Source of the DNA: Terriglobia bacterium
Lineage (GTDB): Bacteria; Acidobacteriota; Terriglobia; 2-12-FULL-54-10
DNA length: 64,000 bases
Direction of reading: 5' to 3'
Assembly (NCBI GenBank): GCA_963666975.2
Contig: CAXVYR010000004.1
Location: 2,016,001 to 2,080,000, forward strand
Part shown: piece after piece, positions 29,054-39,250 of the stretch
How the letters are laid out: each line of letters begins with the position of its first letter
Numbering within the stretch: position 1 is the stretch's first letter
Position numbers and translations under genes: made by a program
The notes under the pieces: model-generated
Told to the model about the DNA's origin: nothing
Seen by the model: the letters and a program-made list of their open reading frames with translations, nothing else
Database searches by the model: none

Positions 29054-29081
29054 CCGCTCCAGGATGAGTGGAAATTGGAAA

Positions 29082-30011
29082 CTAGCCCGGTTGCCGAAGC
29101 GCGACCATTACAAACGAAAAAATTATCAGGACAACAACAATCGTTCGGAGCAGTTTCCAGAAATTAATCGACTCGCTCGTCATGGAGGGCATATCGCCGA
29201 CCAGCATCCCGAAGGCCGCGCCGGCGGCCAGGCCCCCGATATGCCCGGCATTGTCCACCATGGGCATGAAAAATCCAAACATCAGCCCATAGATCGCCCA
29301 TCGGACGTACATGTTCTTTATGGTGTTGCCCATCCTTCCCCGATGCCTGTATCCATAGGCGATCATCGCCCCGATCAGCCCAAACACCGCGCCGGAAGCG
29401 CCGATGCCGACCGAGTTGGGATGCCACACGGCGCTCGCCACGAACCCCATCACGCCCGCGAGGATATAAAGCACCAGAAATTTGTGCGGACCGTAGATCT
29501 CCTCCACCGTGGGTCCCAGGTCGAGCAGAACAAAGGTATTGAACCCTAAATGGATGAGGCCGCCGTGCAGAAAAATGGGCGTCAGCAGCCGCCACCACTC
29601 TCCGGCCAGAATCAGGGCGGTGTATTTGGCTCCAAACTTCACCAGCGTGTAGCCATCAATCGATCCCAGCAACGCACCGGCATCCAGCCCCCCCGTGCGG
29701 CTCCGCATGGAGACCACCCAAGTCAGCGCAAACAAAAACAGATTCACGCCCAGCAGCAGGGAGGTGGTCTGCGCCCGCTTCGGAAGGACAGAAGACAGTA
29801 TGCGGTCCACCCCGCCCCGGGGGGCTGCCGAGGTGTTTTCACCACAAAAAGGACAGGTTTTTTCTTTTCGGTCCACCAGCGCACGGCAGGCCGGGCACAT
29901 TTTTTGCTTGTACGTTACCGACTTGAAGAAGTTCTGCAACCGCTCCAGACGCTCCTCCGCCTGCTGTTTGTAGCGGTTGATCTTCCATTTCATTCGCGGG
30001 GAAATCATCAA
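29082..30011 (-). CDS. Rhomboid intramembrane serine protease with N-terminal zinc ribbon
   Basis: CPAC..CPFC, WWRLLT, HLGFN, GASG, GHIGG. Confidence 0.93.
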   Translation of the reverse strand: MMISPRMKWKINRYKQQAEERLERLQNFFKSVTYKQKMCPACRALVDRKEKTCPFCGENTSAAPRGGVDRILSSVLPKRAQTTSLLLGVNLFLFALTWVVSMRSRTGGLDAGALLGSIDGYTLVKFGAKYTALILAGEWWRLLTPIFLHGGLIHLGFNTFVLLDLGPTVEEIYGPHKFLVLYILAGVMGFVASAVWHPNSVGIGASGAVFGLIGAMIAYGYRHRGRMGNTIKNMYVRWAIYGLMFGFFMPMVDNAGHIGGLAAGAAFGMLVGDMPSMTSESINFWKLLRTIVVVLIIFSFVMVALRQPG

Positions 30012-30181
30012 TGCTCCAGCTTCCTTCCTACTCCCGATGTTGCCATATTATATACCGGCAGCGGGAAAGCGGTCTTTTGCGACTGGAGAAAAGGGGTTGG
30101 ATATTATAATGGGCATGGATGCTGGTTTGTCCGTCCCCCCGGCGATTGGCAATTCTCTTCTGAACGCAGACCTTCCCTTCT

Positions 30182-30865
30182 ATGAAGACTCAGAGACTGC
30201 TGCTGTTCGTTGTTCTGATAACGCTGCTGGCTTCGGCCTGCGGAAGGCACCGCAGCGCTTCCCGGATTCCCGTTCCGCAGACTCCTTCCACGGGAGGAGG
30301 CGCACAGACGCCCGGCCCCGGATATACCGAAACCGGATACGCGAGCTGGTATGGCGACCCCTACCACGGCCGCCGCGCGGCGAACGGGGAGGTCTACGAC
30401 ATGTACAAACTCACCGCCGCCCACCGCACCTTGCCTTTCGGGACGCAGGTCAAAGTGATCAATCTGGAGAACAGCCGCACGGTGATTGTCCGCATCAATG
30501 ATCGCGGACCGTTCATCAACGGGCGCATCGTGGACCTGTCGCTGGCCGGCGCCCGCGAAATCCAGATGGTCGGCCCGGGAACGGCGCTGGTCCGTTTGGA
30601 AGTCCTCTCGGCATCCTCGCCCTCCGATCCGGGCCTGTACGCGGTGCAGGTGGGGGCGTTTCGGGACCGCTCCAATGCCGAAAGTCTGGCGGAGAATATG
30701 CGCCGCCGCTTCGGCGATGCCTCCATCGAAGGCTATCGTTCAAACGGGCGGACCTTTTATCGCGTTCGGGTGGGAGTAAACTCTACATTGACGGAAGCCA
30801 ACGAACTGGCTATTCAGTTGGGGCGGGAAGATCTGCCCAGTTTTGTGGTCCGGGTGGAAAACTGA
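30182..30865 (+). CDS. rlpA: RlpA lytic transglycosylase lipoprotein with SPOR domain
   Basis: Lipobox [33 protein letters not shown]. Confidence 0.93.
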   Translation: MKTQRLLLFVVLITLLASACGRHRSASRIPVPQTPSTGGGAQTPGPGYTETGYASWYGDPYHGRRAANGEVYDMYKLTAAHRTLPFGTQVKVINLENSRTVIVRINDRGPFINGRIVDLSLAGAREIQMVGPGTALVRLEVLSASSPSDPGLYAVQVGAFRDRSNAESLAENMRRRFGDASIEGYRSNGRTFYRVRVGVNSTLTEANELAIQLGREDLPSFVVRVEN

Positions 30866-30906
30866 AGCTGGCCAACTCAATCAAAAGTCCGGGGAGAATA
30901 GAATCT

Positions 30907-31248
30907 ATGGCCTCCTGCCTTTTTTGCAAAATCCTGGCGGGCGAGATGGCCGCTAAGCTTGTCTATCAGGACGAAAGCTGCATCGCCTTTCAGGATATCA
31001 ACCCGCAGGCTCCGGTGCATTTGTTGCTCATCCCTCGGAAACACTTCTCCTCCGCGGCGGAGGCCGAACCAGCAGACGAGACGGTCATGGGCCATCTGCA
31101 CCGCGTCGCCGCTCAACTGGCGGAGCAGAATGGCATCACGGACGGCTACAGGACTGTAGTCAATACAGGGAGCGGGGCCGGCCAGTCCGTGTTTCACCTG
31201 CACCTGCATCTGCTCGGCGGACGCCCGCTTCGATGGCCGCCGGGATAA
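30907..31248 (+). CDS. hinT: Histidine triad nucleotide-binding protein
   Basis: CLFCKI, DINPQAPVH, HLHLHLLGGR. Confidence 0.93.
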   Translation: MASCLFCKILAGEMAAKLVYQDESCIAFQDINPQAPVHLLLIPRKHFSSAAEAEPADETVMGHLHRVAAQLAEQNGITDGYRTVVNTGSGAGQSVFHLHLHLLGGRPLRWPPG

Positions 31249-31460
31249 CTCTGGATAGCTCCCGCCTCACCCGGTTTCCGGCAAACCTCAGTAGCGTGCC
31301 CCATACCGTGATTTCCTGATTTCCGTTCCTCTCCCGCCCCAGGCGGCACAGACAACCGGCCCCTGTCGCATTTTGAAATTGAATGCAACGAACAGAATGA
31401 AGGCAACATCCAGAACGATTCTGTCATCTATAATGGAGAGATTAAGGGGGCGGAACGAAA

Positions 31461-32624
31461 ATGCGGAGCTTGCTCTATACTCTGGTGGCTGCTCTTGCAG
31501 CGCTTCTGCTGTGCGGCGCCGGGGCGGTTGCGCTTCCGGCGGCTGCCCTGCCTGCCAGCGAGGACGACCTCGAACTGCAAAAGAAGGCCGTCAATCATTT
31601 TTACAGCCTGGAGTACGACCAGGCTATTGCGGCTTTTGAAAAACTGCGCGACGCGGACCCCGATAATCCAGCCCGGCAAAACGATGTGGCGACGGCCTAT
31701 TTCTATAAACAGCTCTACATGGCTGGAGTGTTGCAAGGGGACCTGTTCAGCTCCTCCAATAAGTTTTTCCGCACCAAAAAAATCCAGGTGGACCCCGCCA
31801 TCGAAAAACCTTTTTGGGGAGCTACCCAGGCCGCCATCCGCAGTTGCGAGCAGCGCCTGAAAAGCGACAAAACGGATGAGGAGGCCCTCTACACCTGCGG
31901 CGTGGCCTACGCCACCCGCTCCACCTACCAGGGCCTGATCGAGCGCTCCAAGTTTGGCTTCCTTTCGAGCGCCCGCAAAGCCAATGATTTTCACGTGCGG
32001 CTGCTCCGACTGAATCCCCGTTACTATGACGCGTATCTCATCCCCGGCATCTTTGACTTCGTTCTTGGAAGCCTGCCGAAGCCGCTGAGGATGATGCTGT
32101 ACTTTGCCGGTCTCAGCGGCGATAAGCAGCGGGGCATACAAGCGGTGAAAAGCGTCACGGTATGGGGCCAGAATGCAAAAGAGTCCGCGAAAATTCTTCT
32201 GACGATCATGTATCGCCGGGAAAGGCGGCACACCGACGCGCGGCAGGTTATCGAAGGTTTGGCAAAATCCTATCCTCGCAATTACATTTTTCCGCTGGAG
32301 GTTGCCTCGCTCTATCACAGCGAAGGAGAGGACGAAGAGGCAATCCGGGGATATACACAGGTGCTCGAACAGGTTCGGCGGGAACGAGCAGGATACGCCG
32401 AATTGCCGGTTGCGCGCATCCATTTTGAGCTGGGAGTGCTCTACCGGAACGAAGAAGATTTGGAGTTAGCCCTGCGACACCTGGAACAGGTCCCCGGCTC
32501 CAAGGGCAGCACGCCGGAGATGGAAAAAGAGAGCGCCCTGTTGCGCCAGCAGATTGAAGCGACCCTCCAGCAGCAAGAACAAGCGGATAGCGAAACTCCC
32601 GCTAGCCTCGCCCCCGCCAGCTAG
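31461..32624 (+). CDS. Exported TPR-like protein
   Basis: Signal peptide and helical repeats (YYDAYL, IHFELG). Confidence 0.75.
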   Translation: MRSLLYTLVAALAALLLCGAGAVALPAAALPASEDDLELQKKAVNHFYSLEYDQAIAAFEKLRDADPDNPARQNDVATAYFYKQLYMAGVLQGDLFSSSNKFFRTKKIQVDPAIEKPFWGATQAAIRSCEQRLKSDKTDEEALYTCGVAYATRSTYQGLIERSKFGFLSSARKANDFHVRLLRLNPRYYDAYLIPGIFDFVLGSLPKPLRMMLYFAGLSGDKQRGIQAVKSVTVWGQNAKESAKILLTIMYRRERRHTDARQVIEGLAKSYPRNYIFPLEVASLYHSEGEDEEAIRGYTQVLEQVRRERAGYAELPVARIHFELGVLYRNEEDLELALRHLEQVPGSKGSTPEMEKESALLRQQIEATLQQQEQADSETPASLAPAS

Positions 32625-32683
32625 CCCGATCCCCAACAATTAGCCCGCTCCTGCCAATTAGAAGGATTCGCCGCAGCTCCTGC

Positions 32684-34069
32684 TCATTCCGGATTAATTT
32701 TTTTCACCTGCGCGCCCAACGTGCCGTGGGCCAGCCGCAAAGTAATCTCCTCATCCGGGGAAACCTGCTCCGCATCTTTTAACACGGCCCCGGAAGAATC
32801 AAACGCGATGGCGTAGCCGCGTTCCATGACGCGCTGGGGGCTGAGCTGTTCGAGTTGCGCACGGAGCGATTCGAGCTTCCCCCGCCGCGCGACCAGCAAC
32901 AGCCGCGCCTGCTGGCTCAGCAGGGAGTTCAGACGGCTCCAGCGCAGCCTCCGCCGCTCCTGCTGGCCGCGCAGATCCAGGTGCAGTAGAAAAGTGCGAG
33001 GCATTTCCCAGCGCCGCCGGGCCTGGCGCAGGCTCTCCCTCTCGGCCTCGATGAGCCGCCCGGTCAACTCGTCGCTGCGCTGTGAGAATTGGGACAGCAG
33101 CGACCGCAGCGTGCCGAAACTGCGGTGGGAAGCTGCCTCGGTGAGCCGCTGCCGCCGCTGCAACAAAGCATAGCGGACTTTCTCTCGCAGCGTCTGCTCC
33201 CATCCCGCGACACGCTGCTGCAACTGTTCCTTGGTCTCAATCACAATCTCCGCCGCTGCCGACGGAGTGGGGGCGCGCTGGTCAGCCACAAAGTCGGCGA
33301 TGGTGAAGTCGGTCTCATGCCCCACGGCGGAGATGACGGGAATGGCGGAGGCGGCAATCGCGCGGGCCAGCTTTTCTTCGTTGAAGGCCCAAAGGTCTTC
33401 GAGCGACCCGCCGCCGCGGGCGAGGACCAGCACATCGACGGGCATCCCCCGGGGCGGCGGAAGATTGAAAAACCGGACGCCCCCGGCAATCTCCTCCGCC
33501 GCGCCCTCCCCCTGCACGCGGACCGGATAGATCAGCAGGTGGAGATTCTTGTAGCGTCGGCCAAGAATGCGGATCATGTCCGCAATGACCGCTCCGCGAG
33601 GCGAAGTGACAATCCCGATTCGGCGCGGGAGCTTCGGGAGCGGTTTTTTGCGGGCGGCGTCGAACAGCCCCTCGCCCGCCAGTTTCTGCTTCAGTTGCTC
33701 GAAGGCCAGTTGCAGCGCGCCCAGGCCGCGCGGCTCCAGCGACTCTACATATAACTGATACTCGCCTCGCGGCTCATAGACGGTGACCCTGCCGCGCGCC
33801 GTTACTTGCAGGCCGTCCTCGGGCCGAAACCGCAGATACCGCGCCCGCTGCCGCATGCAGATGCACCGCAACTGCGACGATTCGTCCTTCAGCGTGAAAT
33901 ACAGATGGCCGGAAGAGGCCGGGCGAAAATTCGATATCTCCCCCTCGACCCAGATGTCGGCAAACTCCGCCTCCAGCTTGTCGCGGACCAGGCGGCTGAG
34001 TTCACTTACCTTGTAAATTCGCCGCTCTGGAATCAGGTTCAGTTGGAATTGGCCCACGGATATTTCCAT
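32684..34069 (-). CDS. xseA: Exodeoxyribonuclease VII large subunit
   Basis: WVEGEISNF, SGHLYFTLKD, RGGGSLEDLWAFN, GHETD, APTPSAAAE. Confidence 0.96.
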   Translation of the reverse strand: MEISVGQFQLNLIPERRIYKVSELSRLVRDKLEAEFADIWVEGEISNFRPASSGHLYFTLKDESSQLRCICMRQRARYLRFRPEDGLQVTARGRVTVYEPRGEYQLYVESLEPRGLGALQLAFEQLKQKLAGEGLFDAARKKPLPKLPRRIGIVTSPRGAVIADMIRILGRRYKNLHLLIYPVRVQGEGAAEEIAGGVRFFNLPPPRGMPVDVLVLARGGGSLEDLWAFNEEKLARAIAASAIPVISAVGHETDFTIADFVADQRAPTPSAAAEIVIETKEQLQQRVAGWEQTLREKVRYALLQRRQRLTEAASHRSFGTLRSLLSQFSQRSDELTGRLIEAERESLRQARRRWEMPRTFLLHLDLRGQQERRRLRWSRLNSLLSQQARLLLVARRGKLESLRAQLEQLSPQRVMERGYAIAFDSSGAVLKDAEQVSPDEEITLRLAHGTLGAQVKKINPE

Positions 34070-34110
34070 AGGAAGCGCGCGGACTCGAGTATTTCCTCGT
34101 AGAACTTGCA

Positions 34111-34262
34111 AGCTGCTGAAAAATTACGTTTCGCTGTCATTCCGAGCGGAGCGAGGAATCTGCTTTTGTCTTACGCTGGCGAAAAACAAAGCAGATTCCT
34201 CAGCCCGGCAAAACGCGCCGGGCTTCGGAATGACCTCTCGGGGACTTTTTCAGCAACCTGCT
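34111..34262. repeat. ~150-bp nested palindromic element (REP/MITE-like)
   Basis: GCTGAAAAA/TTTTTCAGC, GTCATTCCGA/TCGGAATGAC and GAGGAATCTGCTTT/AAAGCAGATTCCTC nested inverted repeats. Confidence 0.75.
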
Positions 34263-34280
34263 CGGGGTGGAATTCGATTC

Positions 34281-34515
34281 TCACCGTTCGAGGGCTTCAC
34301 GGGCTTTCCGAAAAGCCTCCGCGGCCTCGATGCCCTGGACCTTGCCCGTCCGAAGCTCCTCAAGCCGCCGTTCTGCCTCCGCCGCCCAACAGCGGTTCCA
34401 CGCCGGTTTCTATCTGATTGTCGAGATTGGGGATCAGCCGCTGAGCCAGCCTCACCCGGTCCCGCAGGGAAAGCTTCATGGCATCCGCCGCGATTTCATC
34501 AAAGGGAGTGTCCAT
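34281..34515 (-). pseudogene. Addiction-module antitoxin (TIGR02574-like) with a +1 frameshift
   Basis: MDTPFDEIAADAMKLSLRDRVRLAQRL..EPL, extra T, then WAAEAERRLEELRTGKVQGIEAAEAFRKAREALER*. Confidence 0.75.
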
Positions 34516-34638
34516 TCCAGTTGCCTCCACGCTCATCCCTCTGAGCACAGCATAGCAGAACGAAGGAGGCCGCTCCAACGCCCCAATGGGGCAGAAAAAG
34601 CCCACGGCGAAGAAATCCTTTCGGCGTGGCTGCCTACT

Positions 34639-35409
34639 TTACGGCGCATCCGCCTCACCCTCCGCAAGCTTGCGCCAACCTTGCTCCTCCTCTTCCATGG
34701 CGCGAACGCCTTTTTCCACATAGTAAAGCAAGGACCGTGCTCCCCAAGGCCCGATATTGGGAGGAAATAGAACGGGTGAATGACCGTAGTGCGTTCCAAG
34801 CAAAGCGTGCAAATCGCGGATGGATGCCAGCGCATCTTCGACCTTTTTGGCTTCAACGGCCGGCAGAGGTACGGGGTGCATCCCACGCCGAGTCATCAGG
34901 TCGATGTGAGCCCATCGGCGGTTGCGCCAAGCGCGGGCGAACTCGCAGTTTCTGAGTATCTCCTGCGTAGCGGCCTCAACACGAGCCTTCAGCGATGGGT
35001 CAGGAATTAAGTCAGCCAGTCTTTGAAGACTGAGATTGGGCACTTTCTTTTTCAGGTCCGAACTCCATGCCTCTGGTGGGTCGGTAAGACGGCACAAGTG
35101 TAACAGGAGACTTTCCCAGAACGACTGCTGAACTAAATAGAAGAAACTAGATGCCACTTTGTTCAACAGGTCGATGCGCTCCGACCCCTTGCCGTAAAGC
35201 TCCTGAAGCTCGCCCCACTTCTCGTGCAAGCATGACACCTCGTCTTCCACTTCGAGATACAGCTGGCCCATGTCTGCCCCCATCGAACGAACATAGTCGG
35301 CTAGAGTTTCATCATGAGTACGGCTATCCTGCACTTTTTCCTCCCGTAGCTTGGTAGTCACGGCGAGCATTTCCCTCGCCGTGGGTCCTTCTTTCGCCCG
35401 CCGCGACAT
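34639..35409 (-). CDS. HEPN-domain protein (AbiU2-like)
   Basis: LLHLCRLTDP..NLSL..RNRRWAH (R-x5-H HEPN motif). Confidence 0.7.
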   Translation of the reverse strand: MSRRAKEGPTAREMLAVTTKLREEKVQDSRTHDETLADYVRSMGADMGQLYLEVEDEVSCLHEKWGELQELYGKGSERIDLLNKVASSFFYLVQQSFWESLLLHLCRLTDPPEAWSSDLKKKVPNLSLQRLADLIPDPSLKARVEAATQEILRNCEFARAWRNRRWAHIDLMTRRGMHPVPLPAVEAKKVEDALASIRDLHALLGTHYGHSPVLFPPNIGPWGARSLLYYVEKGVRAMEEEEQGWRKLAEGEADAP

Positions 35410-35436
35410 TCGAAGTTCCTCGGCGGCAACGCCGGG

Positions 35437-35697
35437 TTAGGCTGCCGAGTCGCGAGCTACTTCCCATCCCGGAAAGACCAAGACCGCCGGATGGCACTTC
35501 AAGGCTCTCGCGAGAACCTTGGCTCGCTCGACGCCTAACCGGATGCGATCATTCTCGATGGCGGAAAGGGTTGCCTGAGGAATGCCCGTCAGCCTGGCCA
35601 GTTCATTCTGGCTGTACCCTTGTAACTTTCGAATGATGCGAACAGACTCTCCTACCGAGACCTCAATGCGCTTTCTCGCTGGACGGAAGGTTTTCAT
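35437..35697 (-). CDS. XRE-family HTH antitoxin (HigA-like)
   Basis: SQNELARLTGIPQATLSAIEND; directly downstream of the toxin. Confidence 0.85.
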   Translation of the reverse strand: MKTFRPARKRIEVSVGESVRIIRKLQGYSQNELARLTGIPQATLSAIENDRIRLGVERAKVLARALKCHPAVLVFPGWEVARDSAA

Positions 35698-35698
35698 T

Positions 35699-35980
35699 TT
35701 ATAGTCTCCGATACTCGTGCGCCGTAATATGAACCACCTGGAACAAGGACTGTTGGGGAACCACCCGATAAATCACCCGGTACTGTAAACCCAGACGGGA
35801 CGACCGATACCCAAGCCATTTTCCGTGAAGGGCTTCATCATGGAGTCCTTTGATCAGTCGCAACCCAGGCGGACCGGAGATCATGGCGATGTCTTTCCAC
35901 TTCTCGTAACGCTTCAGGATTTCACGAGGCGCAGCATCGAGTTGTTTCTCAACCCGACGGTGCTCTTCGATCTGCCACAT
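35699..35980 (-). CDS. RelE/HigB-family mRNA interferase toxin
   Basis: HDEALHGKWLGYRSSRL..YRVIY; toxin-first arrangement. Confidence 0.85.
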   Translation of the reverse strand: MWQIEEHRRVEKQLDAAPREILKRYEKWKDIAMISGPPGLRLIKGLHDEALHGKWLGYRSSRLGLQYRVIYRVVPQQSLFQVVHITAHEYRRL

Positions 35981-35985
35981 GCAGC

Positions 35986-36015
35986 AGTTTAGACATATCT
36001 AATATAGTATGTCAA
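35986..36015 (-). promoter_or_regulatory. TA promoter with palindromic operator; probably leaderless
   Basis: TTGACA-18 bp-TAAACT ending 5 bp before ATG; inverted repeat GACATA..TATGTC at 35992-36013. Confidence 0.7.
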
Positions 36016-36073
36016 GGAAGAATCCAGGGCGAGGAAAACGCTCGTTGTACCTATCCCTAAATTATTCCGCAGT

Positions 36074-36298
36074 TCACCGGCGGCCCAGGAACCAAAACAG
36101 CAGTGTCAGGACCAGGCTGAGCAGGACGGAGGTGACGATAGGGAAATAGAAGGTGAAGTTGCCCCGGCGATAAATGATATCGCCCGGCAAGCGGCCGAAG
36201 CGGAAGAAAGAAAAGCGATCCGCCAACAGGAACAGCAGTCCCAGCGTCACAAAAACGACGCCGAGGGTGATCAGAATCTTGCCCAGGCTGGGAAGCAT
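36074..36298 (-). CDS. DUF2905 membrane protein
   Basis: GRLPGDI..FYFPIVTSVLLS. Confidence 0.88.
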   Translation of the reverse strand: MLPSLGKILITLGVVFVTLGLLFLLADRFSFFRFGRLPGDIIYRRGNFTFYFPIVTSVLLSLVLTLLFWFLGRR

Positions 36299-36332
36299 GG
36301 AAACACCGGAAGGATGACGCCAGCGGCAACCT

Positions 36333-36755
36333 TTAGCCCACAATCTCCATCTTGCCAAAGAAGTAGGAAATCTCGAAAGCGGCCGTCTCCGGGGCGTCGG
36401 AACCGTGAATCACGTTCCGCTCGATGGAGGTTGCGAACTGTTTTCGCAAGGTGCCCGGCTGGGCTTCGGCGGGGTTGGTGGCTCCCATCACCTTGCGCAG
36501 GCGCTCGATGGCGTTTTCGGCTTCCAGCACCATCACAACGATCCGGCCCGAGCACATAAAATCGGTCAGGCTGCCGAAAAACTTCTTGTCGCGGTGGACC
36601 GCATAGAAGCCCTCCGCCTGCTGCTTGCTGAGGCGCAGCATCTTCATGGCGGCGATCCGGAAGTTCTGGCTTTCAAACGCCCGGATAATGTCGCCGATGA
36701 CGTTCTGCTCGACTCCGTCCGGCTTGATAATGGTCAGGGTTCGTTCCAGGGCCAA
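36333..36755 (-). CDS. ndk: Nucleoside diphosphate kinase
   Basis: [22 protein letters not shown]. Confidence 0.97.
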   Translation of the reverse strand: MALERTLTIIKPDGVEQNVIGDIIRAFESQNFRIAAMKMLRLSKQQAEGFYAVHRDKKFFGSLTDFMCSGRIVVMVLEAENAIERLRKVMGATNPAEAQPGTLRKQFATSIERNVIHGSDAPETAAFEISYFFGKMEIVG

Positions 36756-36817
36756 GGGTTTCCCTCAATTTGATTTGATTGCTCTGCGTACTGGGCAGGC
36801 TGAGGACAGATTCTCTT

Positions 36818-38077
36818 TCACTTTTTAGGCATGGACTTGTAGATGGCGAAACAAGGGCTGGCGCGCACGACTTGATACCGGTCCGGGTCCGGCCCTATCG
36901 ACTCATAAAACTCTTTCATGTATTTCTCCGCCAGGGCCTCATCGCCGGTCTCCAGCGCAACCCGGCTGAGCAGGCTCAAACCGTCCTGCTGCATCACCTC
37001 TCTCTCGATGTCCGGGTAGACCTTCCCGTTGGGTCCGGCGTACCACTCCACGCTTTCCTGAATAAAAGCCATCGCCCCTGGCTTTTTCAATTGCAGGCCG
37101 GCCATTCCCAGGTTCATCAGCACGCGGCCGCGAACCCGGTCTTCGCCGCTCTGCTTGGCCACCTCCAGGGCTACGCCGAGAGTCTCCCAGGCGCTGGAAA
37201 ACTTTCCCTGCCGCAGCTGGACGTTGGCGATGGTCAGCAGCGCATTGGCTTGCCATGTCCCGCGGCCCATCCTCTTAAAGGCGGCCAGGGCGGGCTCCAT
37301 GTAAGCCATCGACAAGTCGGGCTCTCCCACCCAAACGTGGGTGTTGCCAATGTTCATCCGAATCATGCCGGGATACATGTTGCCACCCATCTGGTCGGCC
37401 AAACGGAGCGCTTCTTGATAAGCCGCGAGTCCGCGATCGGGCTGGACCATGCGGATCAAAGTGGAGCCCATGTTGTTCTTCGCCGACACCATGATGCGCA
37501 GATCGTCCACCTCTTCCGCCAGGACAAAGCCGGCCTGCAACCGTTCCAGCGCCAGATTGTAAAACTCATTGGCTTCTTCCCAGTCGAGATGATCGCCGCA
37601 GGCATCCTCCCCGGCATGTGTGTATAAGGCTCCTTCGAAGCGCAGCCTGCGAGCCTCGATCCGTTTATACAGGACATCGTCGCCGCTCAGGCGGCGATAG
37701 ACGTCGAACAGCTTCGCGTAACGGCCGACCTCCTCCAGGAAATTTTCCAGGACCGCAGTATGGATTTCGTGCCCGGAGGTGGCTCCGTAGCGGCCCATCT
37801 GGTCAAATTTCCGGTCCAGTTCTCCCAGCACGCCCTCGAGCCGTTGCTTCACAACCTCAAGATTTTCCGCCATCAGCCGTTCGGCGCCCGCCACGTCGCC
37901 TTGGTCCAGCTTCGTCAGCAGAATCACCAGGGGAACAGGGTCTGAAGAAGGAGTGACCTGCGCCTCCAAAAGGCCGGCGTTCCTGCCGGACGGGTACACC
38001 GCGAACCAGAAAAGAAACAAGACTGCGAGAATTCCGATTCTCCGCCGATGGGCTCTTCTTGCGGGTCCTTTTTCCAT
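36818..38077 (-). CDS. Exported TPR-repeat protein
   Basis: Signal-like N-terminus; NNMG, MNIG, MNLG TPR helices. Confidence 0.75.
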   Translation of the reverse strand: MEKGPARRAHRRRIGILAVLFLFWFAVYPSGRNAGLLEAQVTPSSDPVPLVILLTKLDQGDVAGAERLMAENLEVVKQRLEGVLGELDRKFDQMGRYGATSGHEIHTAVLENFLEEVGRYAKLFDVYRRLSGDDVLYKRIEARRLRFEGALYTHAGEDACGDHLDWEEANEFYNLALERLQAGFVLAEEVDDLRIMVSAKNNMGSTLIRMVQPDRGLAAYQEALRLADQMGGNMYPGMIRMNIGNTHVWVGEPDLSMAYMEPALAAFKRMGRGTWQANALLTIANVQLRQGKFSSAWETLGVALEVAKQSGEDRVRGRVLMNLGMAGLQLKKPGAMAFIQESVEWYAGPNGKVYPDIEREVMQQDGLSLLSRVALETGDEALAEKYMKEFYESIGPDPDRYQVVRASPCFAIYKSMPKK

Positions 38078-38199
38078 GGGCCACCCTCACTTTATGCGAA
38101 TAGGCTACAACAGCAACTATAGCTTAATTCTAAAGCTAAACGCGCAGAGTGTAAACTCAAAAGGAGAAAAACAGGGGGGGGACAGGATACGGACCGTTT

Positions 38200-39081
38200 T
38201 CAGCGTCCGGCCGCCGGAGCCAGCCGGGCGGCGACCGCCTCGCCGATCTGTGCCGGGCTGTCAACAACGGTGATTCCGGCCTCTTTCATCGTCGCCATTT
38301 TCTCGCGGGCTGTTTCCTTCCCGCCGCTGATGATGGCCCCGGCGTGTCCCATCCTTCTGCCCGGAGGGGCGGTCTGTCCGGCGATGAAGCCGACTACCGG
38401 CTTCTTTACATTCTCTTTGACGTACAGTGCGGCGGTTTCTTCCGCCGTCCCGCCGATCTCCCCGATCATGACTACAGCGTGGGTGTCCGGGTCGGCATTA
38501 AACAGTTCGATGGCGTCCAGGAAACTGGTGCCGATGATGGGATCGCCTCCGATGCCGATGCATGTGGATTGCCCGATGCCGAGCGCCGTCAACTGCCCTA
38601 CGGCCTCATAGGTAAGCGTCCCGCTGCGCGAGACCACGCCCACATTTCCCGCCCGGTGGATATGGCCTGGCATGATGCCGATCTTGCACTTGTCCGGCGA
38701 GATGACGCCCGGACAGTTGGGGCCGATCAGCCGTGTCTGCGTGGTCTGCAGATAGGCGTTGACCCGAATCATGTCGAAGGTGGGAATCCCTTCGGTAATG
38801 CAGACCACCAGGGGGATGCCGGAATCGGCAGCCTCCATGATGGCGTCGGCGGCAAACGGGGCGGGAACGAAGATGACCGAGGCGTTGGGTTTCACCGCTC
38901 TGTTCGCCGCAGCCACAGAATCAAACAGCGGCAGACCGTCCTGCTGCGTGCCGCCCTTGCCGGGCTTCACGGCCCCAACCACATTGGTCCCATACTGGAT
39001 CGCCTGCTGTGTGTGGAAGCTGCCTTCCCGGCCCAGCCCTTGAACCAACAACCGCGTGTTCTTGCCGATCAATATGCTCAT
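38200..39081 (-). CDS. sucD: Succinyl-CoA synthetase alpha subunit
   Basis: [22 protein letters not shown]. Confidence 0.97.
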   Translation of the reverse strand: MSILIGKNTRLLVQGLGREGSFHTQQAIQYGTNVVGAVKPGKGGTQQDGLPLFDSVAAANRAVKPNASVIFVPAPFAADAIMEAADSGIPLVVCITEGIPTFDMIRVNAYLQTTQTRLIGPNCPGVISPDKCKIGIMPGHIHRAGNVGVVSRSGTLTYEAVGQLTALGIGQSTCIGIGGDPIIGTSFLDAIELFNADPDTHAVVMIGEIGGTAEETAALYVKENVKKPVVGFIAGQTAPPGRRMGHAGAIISGGKETAREKMATMKEAGITVVDSPAQIGEAVAARLAPAAGR

Positions 39082-39092
39082 TTCAAACACCC

Positions 39093-39250
39093 GAAGCAAA
39101 GGAAGCGAAGAAGTATAGGAAGCATACGAGGCAGAGGAAGTCGGTTCTTGTAGTGAAAGCCAACAAGCAATACCAAGGGAAGCTCCGAATTCTTTGTAAG
39201 GGGTTCTCCTCTGCTTCCTTTGCCTCCTCTGCCTCCTATGCCTCTTTTGC
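39093..39250. repeat. Inverted pair of 9-bp tandem arrays between sucC and sucD
   Basis: GAAGCAAAG/GAAGCGAAG/GAAGCATAC/GAGGCAGAG facing CTCTGCTTC/CTTTGCCTC/CTCTGCCTC/CTATGCCTC. Confidence 0.65.
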
